Part shown: positions 1 through 8,920 of the stretch, in pieces
Position numbering within the stretch: the stretch's first letter is position 1
Layout: the number at the start of each line of letters is the position of its first letter
Notes under the pieces: model-generated
Told to the model about the DNA's origin: nothing
Seen by the model: the letters and a program-made list of their open reading frames with translations, nothing else
The model's database searches: none
Position numbers and translations under genes: made by a program
NCBI GenBank assembly: GCA_963710435.1
Contig: CAVQAE010000009.1
Location: 21,159 to 85,158, forward strand
DNA from: an uncultured Gammaproteobacteria bacterium
GTDB lineage: Bacteria; Pseudomonadota; Gammaproteobacteria; Steroidobacterales; Steroidobacteraceae
Reading direction: 5' to 3'
Length of the DNA stretch: 64,000 bases

Positions 1-1712
1 AGATGGCCGCGATTCGGGTCGGCCGGATTGGCCTCAAGCAGGGCGGAGGCAAACCAGCCGTTGTGATATATCCCGCGATTGCCGAAGACCTCGAAATATT
101 GGGTGCTTCGCCGATCCGGGGCAACCGCGTTGTCGAAGGTGTAGATCATGCTGATGCCGTCGAGCGGCTTCTGGGCGATGCCATCGACGCTATAGGGCAT
201 CTCGATGCCGGCCGCCTGCAGGATGGTCGGCGCGACGTCCACGACATCGTGGAACTGCGAGCGCAGGCCGCCGACCTGCTTGATGCGCGTCGGCCAGGAG
301 ATGATCAGGGGATTTCGAATCGCGCCGAGATGCGAGACCACTTGCTTGTAGTACTTGAACGGGGTATCCATCGCCCACGCCCAACCCCAAGCGAAGTGAT
401 TGTTGTACTCATCGCCACCCAGCTTGGCCAGCACCTCGGGCGTAAACTCATTCTTCGGCTGCAGGCCGTTGGCAGGCGCCAGTTCGTCCAGCTCTCCGTC
501 CGGTCCACCCTCAGCGCTGGCGCCATTGTCACCGATGATGTAGATCACCAAGGTGTTGTCGGAATCGGGCAATGCCCTGACTGCATCGAGCAGTCTGCCG
601 ATCTCATCTTCCGCATAAGCACCGTAGGCGGCGAATACCTCCATCTGGCGCTCGAAGACGTGCTGCTGCTCCGGTGTGTAAGAATCCCATGCCCGGATCA
701 AAGACGGTCGCGGCGTGAGCTTGGCGTCCGCCGGGATCACTCCTAATTTCCTCTGCCGCTCGAAGGCGATTTGCCGGTATGTGTCCCAGCCCATATGGAA
801 CTGGCCCCGGAACTTACGAATCCATACCGGAGGCGCCTGATGGGGCGCATGGGTCGCCGGGGCGGCCAGATAGAGGAAGAAGGGCCGGTCGGCGCCGGTA
901 TTGCTGACCGTGCGCATCCAGCGGATGGCGTGATCCACGAGGTCGCCGGTCAGCTGATAATTCGGCTCCTTCGATGGTGGCACTGGGCGAGTGTTCTCAA
1001 ACAGCGCCGGCTGCCATTGGCTGGTGCCCCAGCCGTTAAAGCCATAGAAATAGTCGAACCCCATGCCGGTAGGCCAATGGTCAAATGGACCTGCCGGCCC
1101 ACCCTCCCAGGGCGGGGTGTTATGGTTCTTGCCGAACATTGCCGTGCTGTAGCCGTGTTGCTGCAGGATCTCGGCGATCGTGGCGGTACTGCGCGGTATC
1201 ACACCGGTGTAGCCGTCGTAACCCGTGGATAGCTCGGCGACGTTGCCGAAACCCGCGCTGTGGGGGTTGCGTCCGGTGAGCAAAGCGGCGCGCGTCGGCG
1301 AGCAAATCCCTGCCGTATGGAAGCGATTGTAGCGCAGGCCCTCGTTCGCGAGGCGCTCCATGGCCGGAGACGGTACGGTTCCGCCGAACACGCTGAACTG
1401 TCCAAATCCCACGTCGTCGAGCATGATCAGGACGATATTCGGCGCCCGCAGCGGGGGCCGGACCGTGGGGGGAAATTTGGGTGGGTCCGAGTCCTTAAAA
1501 GTGAGCCCGACGGCACCGGTGAAGTGCGGGTCCGGGGTTGGCAGTTCGGACTGCCCGAAAGCCATGGCACCGAGGGCGAGCAACAGAATCGGCGAGAAGA
1601 GTGCTTGGGGCCAGAGCGGAGCCGGGCGGCACGGAGGAATGTGGGTTGATCGGCGAGCTGCCAATGACTGCTCGGTGCTTCTCCAAAATCGCCCTCGACG
1701 ATGCGAAATCAT
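1..1712 (-). CDS. Type I (formylglycine-dependent) arylsulfatase; C-terminal part runs off the left edge
   Basis: This gene is absent from the ORF track because its frame has no stop inside the window. My reverse-strand translation gives NIVLIMLDDVGFGQFSVFGG (1439-1380) and NRFHTAGICSPTRAALLTGRNPH (1328-1260), which contains the sulfatase C-x-P-x-R signature. A hydrophobic leader ALFSPILLLALGAMA lies at about 1604-1560. The first in-frame ATG is at 1712-1710; the true start is uncertain. The + strand ORF 3..746 is its antisense shadow. Confidence 0.8.
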   Translation of the reverse strand, partial: MISHRRGRFWRSTEQSLAARRSTHIPPCRPAPLWPQALFSPILLLALGAMAFGQSELPTPDPHFTGAVGLTFKDSDPPKFPPTVRPPLRAPNIVLIMLDDVGFGQFSVFGGTVPSPAMERLANEGLRYNRFHTAGICSPTRAALLTGRNPHSAGFGNVAELSTGYDGYTGVIPRSTATIAEILQQHGYSTAMFGKNHNTPPWEGGPAGPFDHWPTGMGFDYFYGFNGWGTSQWQPALFENTRPVPPSKEPNYQLTGDLVDHAIRWMRTVSNTGADRPFFLYLAAPATHAPHQAPPVWIRKFRGQFHMGWDTYRQIAFERQRKLGVIPADAKLTPRPSLIRAWDSYTPEQQHVFERQMEVFAAYGAYAEDEIGRLLDAVRALPDSDNTLVIYIIGDNGASAEGGPDGELDELAPANGLQPKNEFTPEVLAKLGGDEYNNHFAWGWAWAMDTPFKYYKQVVSHLGAIRNPLIISWPTRIKQVGGLRSQFHDVVDVAPTILQAAGIEMPYSVDGIAQKPLDGISMIYTFDNAVAPDRRSTQYFEVFGNRGIYHNGWFASALLEANPADPNRGH

Positions 1713-1740
1713 CTCCGTTGCCCGCAAAAGTCCCGTCAGA

Positions 1741-4068
1741 TCACCTGAATCGGTACTCGACCGTGCCACCGTACATCCTCGGCGGTCCATAGGCGCCAAA
1801 GGTGTTAGGACCAGGCGTCTGATACACGAATTGGGTGTAGCTACGATTGAAGAGATTGTTACCCCAGACCGAGACGTCCAGCTTGCCCGTCCCCAGCGGG
1901 ATGTCGGCGAACGCGAGGCGCGCGTTGGTCAACCAGTAGCTGGCCACCGGAATGCTGACGTTAGGCACTGAGTAGTACGAGGCCGTGCCGTTCACCTGCG
2001 CATTGAGGCGCAGCACGCCGTAATCGGTATGCACCAGGTCATCAACCGCGCCGAGCGAGGTTGCCCAGTGCGGAAGTGCCGCTAGGTGGAAATACGGACT
2101 CACCGGCGGAAAGCCCGCCGGCGGCGGGAATGGATCCGTGACCGGGCCTTGATGACCCGTCTCGAAAGCAGCACTCCAATCGAACGTGAGACCCGCCGTC
2201 GGTTGGTAGGACGAATCGATCTCGAGTCCTTCGATGCCGATCTGCGGGCCGTTGAAGAACTCGACCGTCGAACTCGAAGTGGTCTGGATATTATCCTGCG
2301 GCTGCTTCCAGTCCTCGTAGAACGCAGCCACGTTCACTCGAACCGTGTGCTGCGCGAATTCCGATTTTAGGCCGAGCTCGTAAGACTCGACCGTGCTGGG
2401 CTCGTTGTAGCGAAAGGTCTGCGAGCCAACGCTCAAGCCCGGTCCCTGATAGCCGGTCGAGAAGCGGAAATAGCCCAAGACATCCGGCGTAAACGCGTAT
2501 TTCACGGCCGCGAGCGGCGAAGCCTGATTGTGAACGACGCTCGGCGAACATTGGGGCGATTGCGGGCACGGCAAACCCGGCGCGATCGGCCCGTTCGGAA
2601 AGGCCGGATAAGTTGGGACGAGGTACACATCACCTTGGCCGACCCCCCGCAGCGCCGACTTGTCATCGTGGCTGTAGCGCAAGCCGAGGTCGAATGAGAG
2701 CTTGTCATCAAAGTGATAGGTCACTTGACCGAACACCGCCTTGGAGCTTTGCTCGACATCGGCGCCCGCGAGGGCAACAGGGCCCAACAGTGGCGTAAGC
2801 AACGCGGACGTCGTCGGCGTGGCGGGCAGATACGGGTACGCCGGCGGAATCGAGTTCGGCAAAATCGCGCCAAAGTACGTGGGCTCGGTCTCCTCGGAGG
2901 TCTCCTTGATATAAAAGAGGCCCCCCACCCAGTCGAAGTGCTCGCTGTGGCCGATGAACTGCACCTCCTGCGAGAACTGCCGGTGCGTCTGGATATATTC
3001 CGGGACCGGATCGATGATAAGACTTGTGCAGAGCGGGCCGGCCGCGGGACACGCGCCCGGCGGCAGAAGGAACGGGCCGGGCAGCACCGACGAAGTCGCC
3101 GCGGTGTTATAGAGCGTATCCTTATCGGAGCGCAGCGCCGTGATGGACTTGACCGTAAACGCATCTGTCGGCGACCACTCGAGGTTCAAGCGGTCGCCCC
3201 AGTAGGTCTGCGGATCGAGCGGGCGAAAGGTGTCCCACGGCTCGCTCAACGGGGTCCTGAGTTGATTGGGCCACACCGAGTTCCAGGGGCTGCCGGTGGG
3301 GCTGTAGGCAAGCTGCGCGTTCCAGGCCTCGCTCGTTTTCAGGACCGTGTAGTCACCTGCCATTTCAGCGCGAAAAGTATCGGAAAACTTGAAGAGCAGC
3401 GTGAGCTTGCCCGCATTCGAGTTGGTGACGCCGTAGTTGTACTGCCCTTGACTACTCTCGGCAGGATTGGTCGTCCAGCCGTTGTTGCCGGTCGAGAGCC
3501 CGTCGATTTTCGCCGACATGATGCCGATCGCCGGGAGGTCGATGTGCAACACGCCCTTCCAGTAACCGTAGTTGCCGCCTTCGCCGCGCGCATCGACGCC
3601 GAACTCGCCCGTGGGATCTTTCGAGATGAGCTGGATCGCGCCGCCCTCGGCATTCTTGCCGAACAAGGTTCCCTGGGGTCCGCGCAGCACCTCCATGCGC
3701 TCGAGGTCATTGAGCTCGAGCGCGATCGAGGTCTGCCGGCCGTAGTAAACCCCGTCGACGTAGGTCGGCACCGGATTCTCGTTGGTGATATCCGTGCCGT
3801 TCGGATTGATGAAGCCGCGGATCGCGACCTCGAGCACCGATTGGTTGCCGGCGAACGGCTCGACCTTCACCGAGGGAATGTCCCCTTGCACGAGATCCGC
3901 CACGCTCTCGATGCCGCGCATCTTGAGCTGGTCGGCGTTCATGACGGAAACGGCGACCGGCACCTGCTGCAGGTTCTCGGAGCGTTTCTCCGCCGTGACC
4001 ACGATTTCCGCGAGGGCCGAGGAATTGGCGTCCGCTGCGGCTGCTCCCCGCTTGTTGGGCCGACGCAA
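1741..4068 (-). CDS. TonB-dependent outer-membrane receptor (apparent frameshift at the signal-peptide junction)
   Basis: The 775-aa ORF has plug-domain motifs EIVVTAEKRSENLQQVPVAVSV and DLERMEVLRGPQGTLFGKNAEGGAIQLISK, followed by a long beta-barrel ending ...YGGTVEYRFR. The track start is a TTG with no signal peptide. A typical signal peptide is encoded in the neighbouring frame from ATG 4168 (see finding). Confidence 0.85.
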   Translation of the reverse strand: MRRPNKRGAAAADANSSALAEIVVTAEKRSENLQQVPVAVSVMNADQLKMRGIESVADLVQGDIPSVKVEPFAGNQSVLEVAIRGFINPNGTDITNENPVPTYVDGVYYGRQTSIALELNDLERMEVLRGPQGTLFGKNAEGGAIQLISKDPTGEFGVDARGEGGNYGYWKGVLHIDLPAIGIMSAKIDGLSTGNNGWTTNPAESSQGQYNYGVTNSNAGKLTLLFKFSDTFRAEMAGDYTVLKTSEAWNAQLAYSPTGSPWNSVWPNQLRTPLSEPWDTFRPLDPQTYWGDRLNLEWSPTDAFTVKSITALRSDKDTLYNTAATSSVLPGPFLLPPGACPAAGPLCTSLIIDPVPEYIQTHRQFSQEVQFIGHSEHFDWVGGLFYIKETSEETEPTYFGAILPNSIPPAYPYLPATPTTSALLTPLLGPVALAGADVEQSSKAVFGQVTYHFDDKLSFDLGLRYSHDDKSALRGVGQGDVYLVPTYPAFPNGPIAPGLPCPQSPQCSPSVVHNQASPLAAVKYAFTPDVLGYFRFSTGYQGPGLSVGSQTFRYNEPSTVESYELGLKSEFAQHTVRVNVAAFYEDWKQPQDNIQTTSSSTVEFFNGPQIGIEGLEIDSSYQPTAGLTFDWSAAFETGHQGPVTDPFPPPAGFPPVSPYFHLAALPHWATSLGAVDDLVHTDYGVLRLNAQVNGTASYYSVPNVSIPVASYWLTNARLAFADIPLGTGKLDVSVWGNNLFNRSYTQFVYQTPGPNTFGAYGPPRMYGGTVEYRFR

Positions 4069-4300
4069 CGTGCATACCCGCCAGCGCCGCTGCGCCAGCG
4101 AGCGCGAGCCGCGCGGTGAACTTGATTGCGAAACCGACTAATCCGCCGGAAACGACCTTTGCGTGCATGATTCCCCCGAAGATTGCCGATAAAGCGCGGC
4201 TCTTATTTCCCCGTCCATCGCCGATTTGCCGGGCGACTCCAAGTAAACGGCTGAACCTTTTCATCATTATGAGATAGCATTCGACCTAGGTCAACTACCT

Positions 4301-4357
4301 GCACGACGTTCATATTTCTGTGTGCTCCTCCAGATTCAGATTTGCGCACGACGTTCA
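4301..4357. promoter_or_regulatory. Two direct copies of GCACGACGTTCA (operator-like half-degenerate GAAC-N3-GTTC sites) in the TBDR/PPOX divergent region
   Basis: The copies are at 4301-4312 and 4346-4357, 45 bp apart. Confidence 0.4.
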
Positions 4358-4402
4358 ATGACCGCAAGATAGCCGGCGCCGACCGCCGCGAGTGTGGTTT
4401 AA

Positions 4403-5443
4403 ATGAATAACGCAAACTCTTTGCCCCTGCCGGTGCGACAGCTGATCGAATCGGCGATCGCCATGGAATTCGCCACCGTGAGCGCGGCCGGGATACCCAT
4501 CGACACGCCGGCGTTCTCGTTCTGCGATGCGGCCGGCGCAAGCATCGACGTCGCCACGGGACTTGCGTATCCGGCGAAGGCCGAACGCGCGCGTCGCAAT
4601 CCCAAAGTGGGCCTCTTGATCGAAGGCCTACCGGGCGAGCCCGTGGTGGCGATCGCCGCGCACGCCGCCGTGCGCGATGCCGACATTCAAGCCAATGTCG
4701 ATCGCTACATCGGCGAGACGGTCGCCTATTTCGAGATGTACTCCGGCGGCAACCCCTGGTCGGTCGCACGGCAAGCGACCTGGTACTGGTCGCGGATTTT
4801 TATCCGTTGTCTGCCGCAGCGGATTCTCTGGTGGCCCGATGCCGCCGCCATGGACGAGCCCGCGCGCGAATGGCGGGCGCCTAAGGACACCGTGCCGCCG
4901 CGCTCGGATCCCGCGCCGCGGGGGGCGATCAGCCCGGCGCCGCAATGGCCTGCGCGTCCCTGGCAGGAGCGCGTCAGCGACGCGCTCGCACTCGGGTTGC
5001 CGCATCTCACGGTGTTGGATGGGGAAGGCTATCCCCTGCCCGTGCGCGCTCGCCGGGTGGAGCGCACCGAGGGCGGGTTCTCCCTGGAAGTGCCCGCTGG
5101 CGCTCGTTGGGTGACGGCCGGCCCGGCATCACTCTGCTTCCTCGGCACGATCAACTTCATCGGACAGCTCGAGCCGCGAGCGGGCAACGCGCTGTTTCGC
5201 GTCGCGAGAGTCCTTCCCACATTACCCACCGTCGCGGATCCCCGCGAGCTGTGGCAGCCGAGCGAGGGGACGCGTCAGGCGTTCACGAGCCGGCTCGCTC
5301 GGGAGCTCGAGCGGCGCGGACTGCCGATGCCGCAGGTCCCGATGACGCCTCCCGCCCCGACACCCGGGTCGCTGCGCAGAGCCGAGCGGGTCGCGCAGCT
5401 CGTCGCCGAGGCACAAACGCGCCAAGCCGCCGATCTATCTTGA
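4403..5443 (+). CDS. Pyridoxamine-5'-phosphate-oxidase-like (split-barrel flavin-binding) family protein
   Basis: This is a 346-aa ORF with normal amino-acid composition. The N-terminal half (LPVRQLIESAIAMEFATVSAAGIPIDTP...NPKVGLLIEG) resembles the PPOX/flavin-reductase-like fold. The assignment rests on family resemblance only. Confidence 0.5.
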   Translation: MNNANSLPLPVRQLIESAIAMEFATVSAAGIPIDTPAFSFCDAAGASIDVATGLAYPAKAERARRNPKVGLLIEGLPGEPVVAIAAHAAVRDADIQANVDRYIGETVAYFEMYSGGNPWSVARQATWYWSRIFIRCLPQRILWWPDAAAMDEPAREWRAPKDTVPPRSDPAPRGAISPAPQWPARPWQERVSDALALGLPHLTVLDGEGYPLPVRARRVERTEGGFSLEVPAGARWVTAGPASLCFLGTINFIGQLEPRAGNALFRVARVLPTLPTVADPRELWQPSEGTRQAFTSRLARELERRGLPMPQVPMTPPAPTPGSLRRAERVAQLVAEAQTRQAADLS

Positions 5444-5458
5444 AACGGAGGAACACCC

Positions 5459-6421
5459 ATGAGCACGGTACGCTTCGATGGCAGAGTGGCAGTAATCACC
5501 GGCGCGGGCGGCGGCCTCGGGCGCACCTACGCGCTCGACCTCGCGCAACGCGGCGCCGCGGTTGTCGTGAACGATCTCGGCTGTACCTACGACGGGCAGG
5601 GCCAGTCCGCCAACATGGCCGATCACGTGGTGGAGGAAATCCGCCGCGCGGGCGGCAAGGCGGTCGCATCGTATGACTCGGTGAGTTCCCCCGCCGGTGG
5701 CACCGCCATCGTCGCGAAAGCGATCGAGTCGTTCGGGCGGATCGACGTGCTCATCAACAATGCCGGCACGTTGCGCAATGCGCCCTTCGACGAGCTGCCG
5801 GACGCGACCATCGATGAGATGATCAACGTGCATCTCAAAGGCGCCTTTCACGTCACTCGGGCCGCCTTTCGGCTGATGAAGCAGCAGCGGTATGGGCGCA
5901 TTTTGTTCGCCTCCTCGGCCGCCGGCATGCTCGGCAACGCCACGCAGAGCGCGTACGGCGCGGCCAAAGCGGGCCTCGTCGGCCTCATGAACGTGCTCTC
6001 CCAGGAGGGCCGCGCCTATAACGTCCTCTGCAATGCGCTGCTGCCCACCGCGCAGAGCCGGATGGGCGCCGCCATGCCCGCCGACCAGATGCAGGATATC
6101 GAAGTGCTGTTCGGTGCCGCCGCCGCACAGGTCGGCAACGCGGGCACGCCGCCCTTCGTCACGCCTCTGGTCACTTATCTCGTGAGCGAGGCGTGCCAGT
6201 CGACCCATGGCATCTACTCCGCAAGTTTGGGCCGTTATGCGCGCGCCTTCCTCGCGGTGAGCGATGGTTGGGTCGGACCGCGCGACGCGCCGCCCACGGC
6301 CGATGACATCGCGGCGCATTTCGGCGAGATCTCGAGCACGAAGAGTTTCTGCGTGCCCGAGAGCCTCCGCGATGAGTTCGTCGAGATCATCAAGCTCCTC
6401 AACAGGCATCAGCCCGCTTGA
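5459..6421 (+). CDS. SDR oxidoreductase, MFE-2-type (3R)-hydroxyacyl-CoA dehydrogenase-like
   Basis: It has the Rossmann motif VITGAGGGLGRTYALDLAQRGAAVVVNDLG and catalytic Tyr-x3-Lys in SAYGAAKAG. The N-terminus parallels the dehydrogenase domain of multifunctional enzyme type 2. Confidence 0.8.
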   Translation: MSTVRFDGRVAVITGAGGGLGRTYALDLAQRGAAVVVNDLGCTYDGQGQSANMADHVVEEIRRAGGKAVASYDSVSSPAGGTAIVAKAIESFGRIDVLINNAGTLRNAPFDELPDATIDEMINVHLKGAFHVTRAAFRLMKQQRYGRILFASSAAGMLGNATQSAYGAAKAGLVGLMNVLSQEGRAYNVLCNALLPTAQSRMGAAMPADQMQDIEVLFGAAAAQVGNAGTPPFVTPLVTYLVSEACQSTHGIYSASLGRYARAFLAVSDGWVGPRDAPPTADDIAAHFGEISSTKSFCVPESLRDEFVEIIKLLNRHQPA

Positions 6422-7428
6422 ACGCCGCAGAAATCTTGCTACGCAAGATCTTTCGCTTCGGCGAACCAGGTGGAGACGTATTTGCGGATCCGGGGGCTCA
6501 TATTCACGCGGATGCGCGTATCAGCCTGTTCGGGCCTTCCGGCGACAAGGAAACGCTCGTCGGCCGCGATGCCTTTGTTAAGTTCGTGCATCGCTGCGCG
6601 GAAGCCCTTGCCGGCCGCAGCGACGAGATCGTCGCCATTGAAGGCATCGACGAAGAATGCGCTCTGGTTCATGCGCGAGCGTGGCGCAAGAGCAAGGCGT
6701 CCGGAGAGGAGTTGCACTATGAATGGTGCATGCTCTACCGCGTGGAGAAGGGGATGGTGACATACGCAGCCGACATGTTGGATGCGGATGCCCAAGCCTT
6801 TTGGGGCCGCATACTCCTACCAGGTCCCGCGCCCGGCCCATCGCAGCCACTGATGAACCCACCTCAAGGAGCCCCCATGAACACTCTTCCGCCGGAACTC
6901 GAGCAGCTCATCGACCGCCAACAGATTTACGACTGCATCGTCCGCTACTGCAGCGGCGTCGATCGCTTCGATCGTGAGATGCTGCGCGGCGTCTATCACG
7001 CCGATGCCATGGACGATCACGGCACCTTCGTCGGCACTCGCGATGAGTTCATCGAGTGGGCGATCAGCTACCACCAGAAGTATCAGCATCACCACAAGCA
7101 CTACGTACTGAACCATCGCTGCGAGCTCGACGGGACCACGGCGCATACCGAGACGTACTGGATTTTCTCGGGCAAGAACAAGCTCGGGCCGCCGCTGAGT
7201 CTGTGCGGCGGGCGCTATCTCGATCGCTTCGAGAAGCGCGCCGGTCGATGGGCCATCGCCGCGCGCAAGTGCATCATTGAATGGACCAGTGAGCCGCCCG
7301 AGATGGTGCTGCCGAAAGAGAATGTGGAGGCCGCCCGCCTCACCGGAGAGCCGCTACGCAACAAAGACGATCCCTCCTACGCGCGCCCCCTCACGATCAC
7401 GCGCGCCAAGTTCGTGCTGCCGTTCTGA
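6418..7428 (+). CDS. Tandem NTF2/SnoaL-like domain protein (two domains in one ORF; possible internal start at 6877)
   Basis: The 336-aa ORF contains two NTF2-like halves joined by a Pro/Gly linker (LLPGPAPGPSQPLMNPPQGAP). The second half (MNTLPPELEQLIDRQQIYDCIVRYCSGVDRFD...) is typical of SnoaL-like / ring-hydroxylating-dioxygenase-beta-like proteins. The TTG start overlaps the upstream stop. Confidence 0.65.
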   Translation: MNAAEILLRKIFRFGEPGGDVFADPGAHIHADARISLFGPSGDKETLVGRDAFVKFVHRCAEALAGRSDEIVAIEGIDEECALVHARAWRKSKASGEELHYEWCMLYRVEKGMVTYAADMLDADAQAFWGRILLPGPAPGPSQPLMNPPQGAPMNTLPPELEQLIDRQQIYDCIVRYCSGVDRFDREMLRGVYHADAMDDHGTFVGTRDEFIEWAISYHQKYQHHHKHYVLNHRCELDGTTAHTETYWIFSGKNKLGPPLSLCGGRYLDRFEKRAGRWAIAARKCIIEWTSEPPEMVLPKENVEAARLTGEPLRNKDDPSYARPLTITRAKFVLPF

Positions 7429-7450
7429 CGCGCGGGTCGAGCGCTTTGTC

Positions 7451-8461
7451 TCAACGCGCCTGGGGATCGAGCATCACCTTGCACTGGGCTCGGCTGGTGC
7501 GCATGGACTCGAACACGGCCGGTAGCGTCTCGAAGGTCACGGTGTCGGTGATCATGCTGCGGGCTTCCGCCGCACCCGTGTCGAGCGCCTCGGCCACGAT
7601 CTCGAATTCGCGCGTGCTGTACACGTTGGAATAGAGGAGCTTCAGTTCCTTGAACAGAAAGTCGGACGGACCGATGCTGTCCGCCACGGTGCAGAAGCCG
7701 AGCACGACCACCGTACCCTTGCGCGCCACAGCGTTCATGGCGCGGTTGATCAGCCCCGGCTGACCCACGCACTCGAAGACTACGTCGGGTGCGCCGCCGA
7801 GCGCCGCGGCGGCGGCGGCCGGCAGATCGTCTGCGGCCGTCACGAAGTGCGTCGCGCCCAGGGCGTAGGCGCGGTCCTCCTGCCCGGGGCTCCGTGCCGC
7901 GACCGCAACCCGCGCCGCACCCGCGCGGCGCGCCCAGAAAGCCGCGGCCAGGCCAATGGGACCCGCGCCGATCACCAGCACGCGTGCGCCCGGCCTGAGC
8001 TCCGCCGTGACGACGCCGTGCAGACCGACCGCGAGCGGCTCGATCAGCGCGCCATCCGCGAGCGAGAGCCCGATGGGCATTTTCACGCATTCGCGCCAGC
8101 CGGCGCGGGTATATTCCGCGAAGGCGCTGCCGATCCCCAGCATGCGCGGGCAATGTTTGGGTTCACCCGCGAGGCACGCGGAACATTCGCCGCAACCCGT
8201 CAACGGTTGTGCGGCCACGAGATCGCCGAGCTTGCACTTGTTGACCGCGGCGCCGAGCGCCACGATTTCCCCGGCAAACTCGTGACCCGGGATCGTGCCC
8301 ACGGGATAGGTCATGCCATGACCGCCCGTCATGTGCAGGTCCGTGCCGCAGATCCCGCAGCGTCCGATCCGAATGATGACTTCGTTGGGACCGGGTGTCG
8401 GGTCGGGCACGGTCTCGATACTCAAGGGCTGACCGACGCCCGTGAATATCGCGGCTTTCAC
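7451..8461 (-). CDS. Zinc-dependent alcohol dehydrogenase (MDR family)
   Basis: It carries the zinc-ADH motifs GRCGICGTDLH and GHEFAGEIV and the Rossmann motif VLVIGAGPIGL. It overlaps the upstream gene by 4 nt. Confidence 0.85.
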   Translation of the reverse strand: MKAAIFTGVGQPLSIETVPDPTPGPNEVIIRIGRCGICGTDLHMTGGHGMTYPVGTIPGHEFAGEIVALGAAVNKCKLGDLVAAQPLTGCGECSACLAGEPKHCPRMLGIGSAFAEYTRAGWRECVKMPIGLSLADGALIEPLAVGLHGVVTAELRPGARVLVIGAGPIGLAAAFWARRAGAARVAVAARSPGQEDRAYALGATHFVTAADDLPAAAAAALGGAPDVVFECVGQPGLINRAMNAVARKGTVVVLGFCTVADSIGPSDFLFKELKLLYSNVYSTREFEIVAEALDTGAAEARSMITDTVTFETLPAVFESMRTSRAQCKVMLDPQAR

Positions 8462-8883
8462 AAAAGTCCCCGCTCCTTGGCCGAGGTGGTCGCGATGCCC
8501 CGCTCCTTGAGAACCACGTGCGCGCTCTCGAGTGCCTGCGCGGCCGCCGCAAAACCGCAGTAGGGCACAATCTGCAAGATGGCCTGTTCGAGCTCCTGCA
8601 CCGTGATGCCGTTATTCAGGCCGGCGCGGATATGATTCTTGAGCTCGGCGCCCCAGCCCTGCGCGATCAGGGCACCGATCACCACGAAGCTGCGGCTCTT
8701 GCGATCGAGCGCGGGGTTACCCCAGGTCTCGGCGAATGCGAACTCGAGCGCCATGCGCCCGGCCTCGGCACCAAAGCCATCGCTCTTCATGCCCTCTTCA
8801 TAGCTCGCGAGGAATTTGTCCCCGAACATCTCCTTGAGGACCTGCCGCCCCCGGGCGCGGCGCTCTTCCAAGTTGTTGATCAT
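8458..8883 (-). CDS. Carboxymuconolactone decarboxylase (AhpD-like) family protein
   Basis: The 141-aa product contains ...SRSFVVIGALIAQGWGAELKNHIRAGLNNGITVQELEQAILQIVPYCGF..., which is typical of the CMD family. Confidence 0.75.
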   Translation of the reverse strand: MINNLEERRARGRQVLKEMFGDKFLASYEEGMKSDGFGAEAGRMALEFAFAETWGNPALDRKSRSFVVIGALIAQGWGAELKNHIRAGLNNGITVQELEQAILQIVPYCGFAAAAQALESAHVVLKERGIATTSAKERGLL

Positions 8884-8920
8884 CGGCTCGTATCTCCGGT
8901 TGGGTTTAGAAAGAACATCT

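Noticed and set aside
2713-4119. A long + strand ORF (468 aa) lies opposite the TonB receptor gene. Similar long ORFs lie opposite real genes at 3..746, 5435..6409, 9877..10923, 16577..17524, 20735..21805, 23198..24340, 34462..35541, 41546..42706, 43252..44178, 45977..47080, 48773..50482, 54848..55969, 57748..59604 and 63353..63928.
   Set aside because: These are GC-rich shadow ORFs. Their products are Arg/Ala/Gly/Pro-rich with no recognisable motifs. Each overlaps a gene on the other strand that has clear family signatures.
3707-4267. A 186-aa minus-strand ORF overlaps the 5' end of the receptor gene.
   Set aside because: It is not an independent gene. Only the segment from ATG 4168 (the signal peptide) makes sense. 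The rest is out-of-frame read-through of the receptor gene (see the frameshift finding).
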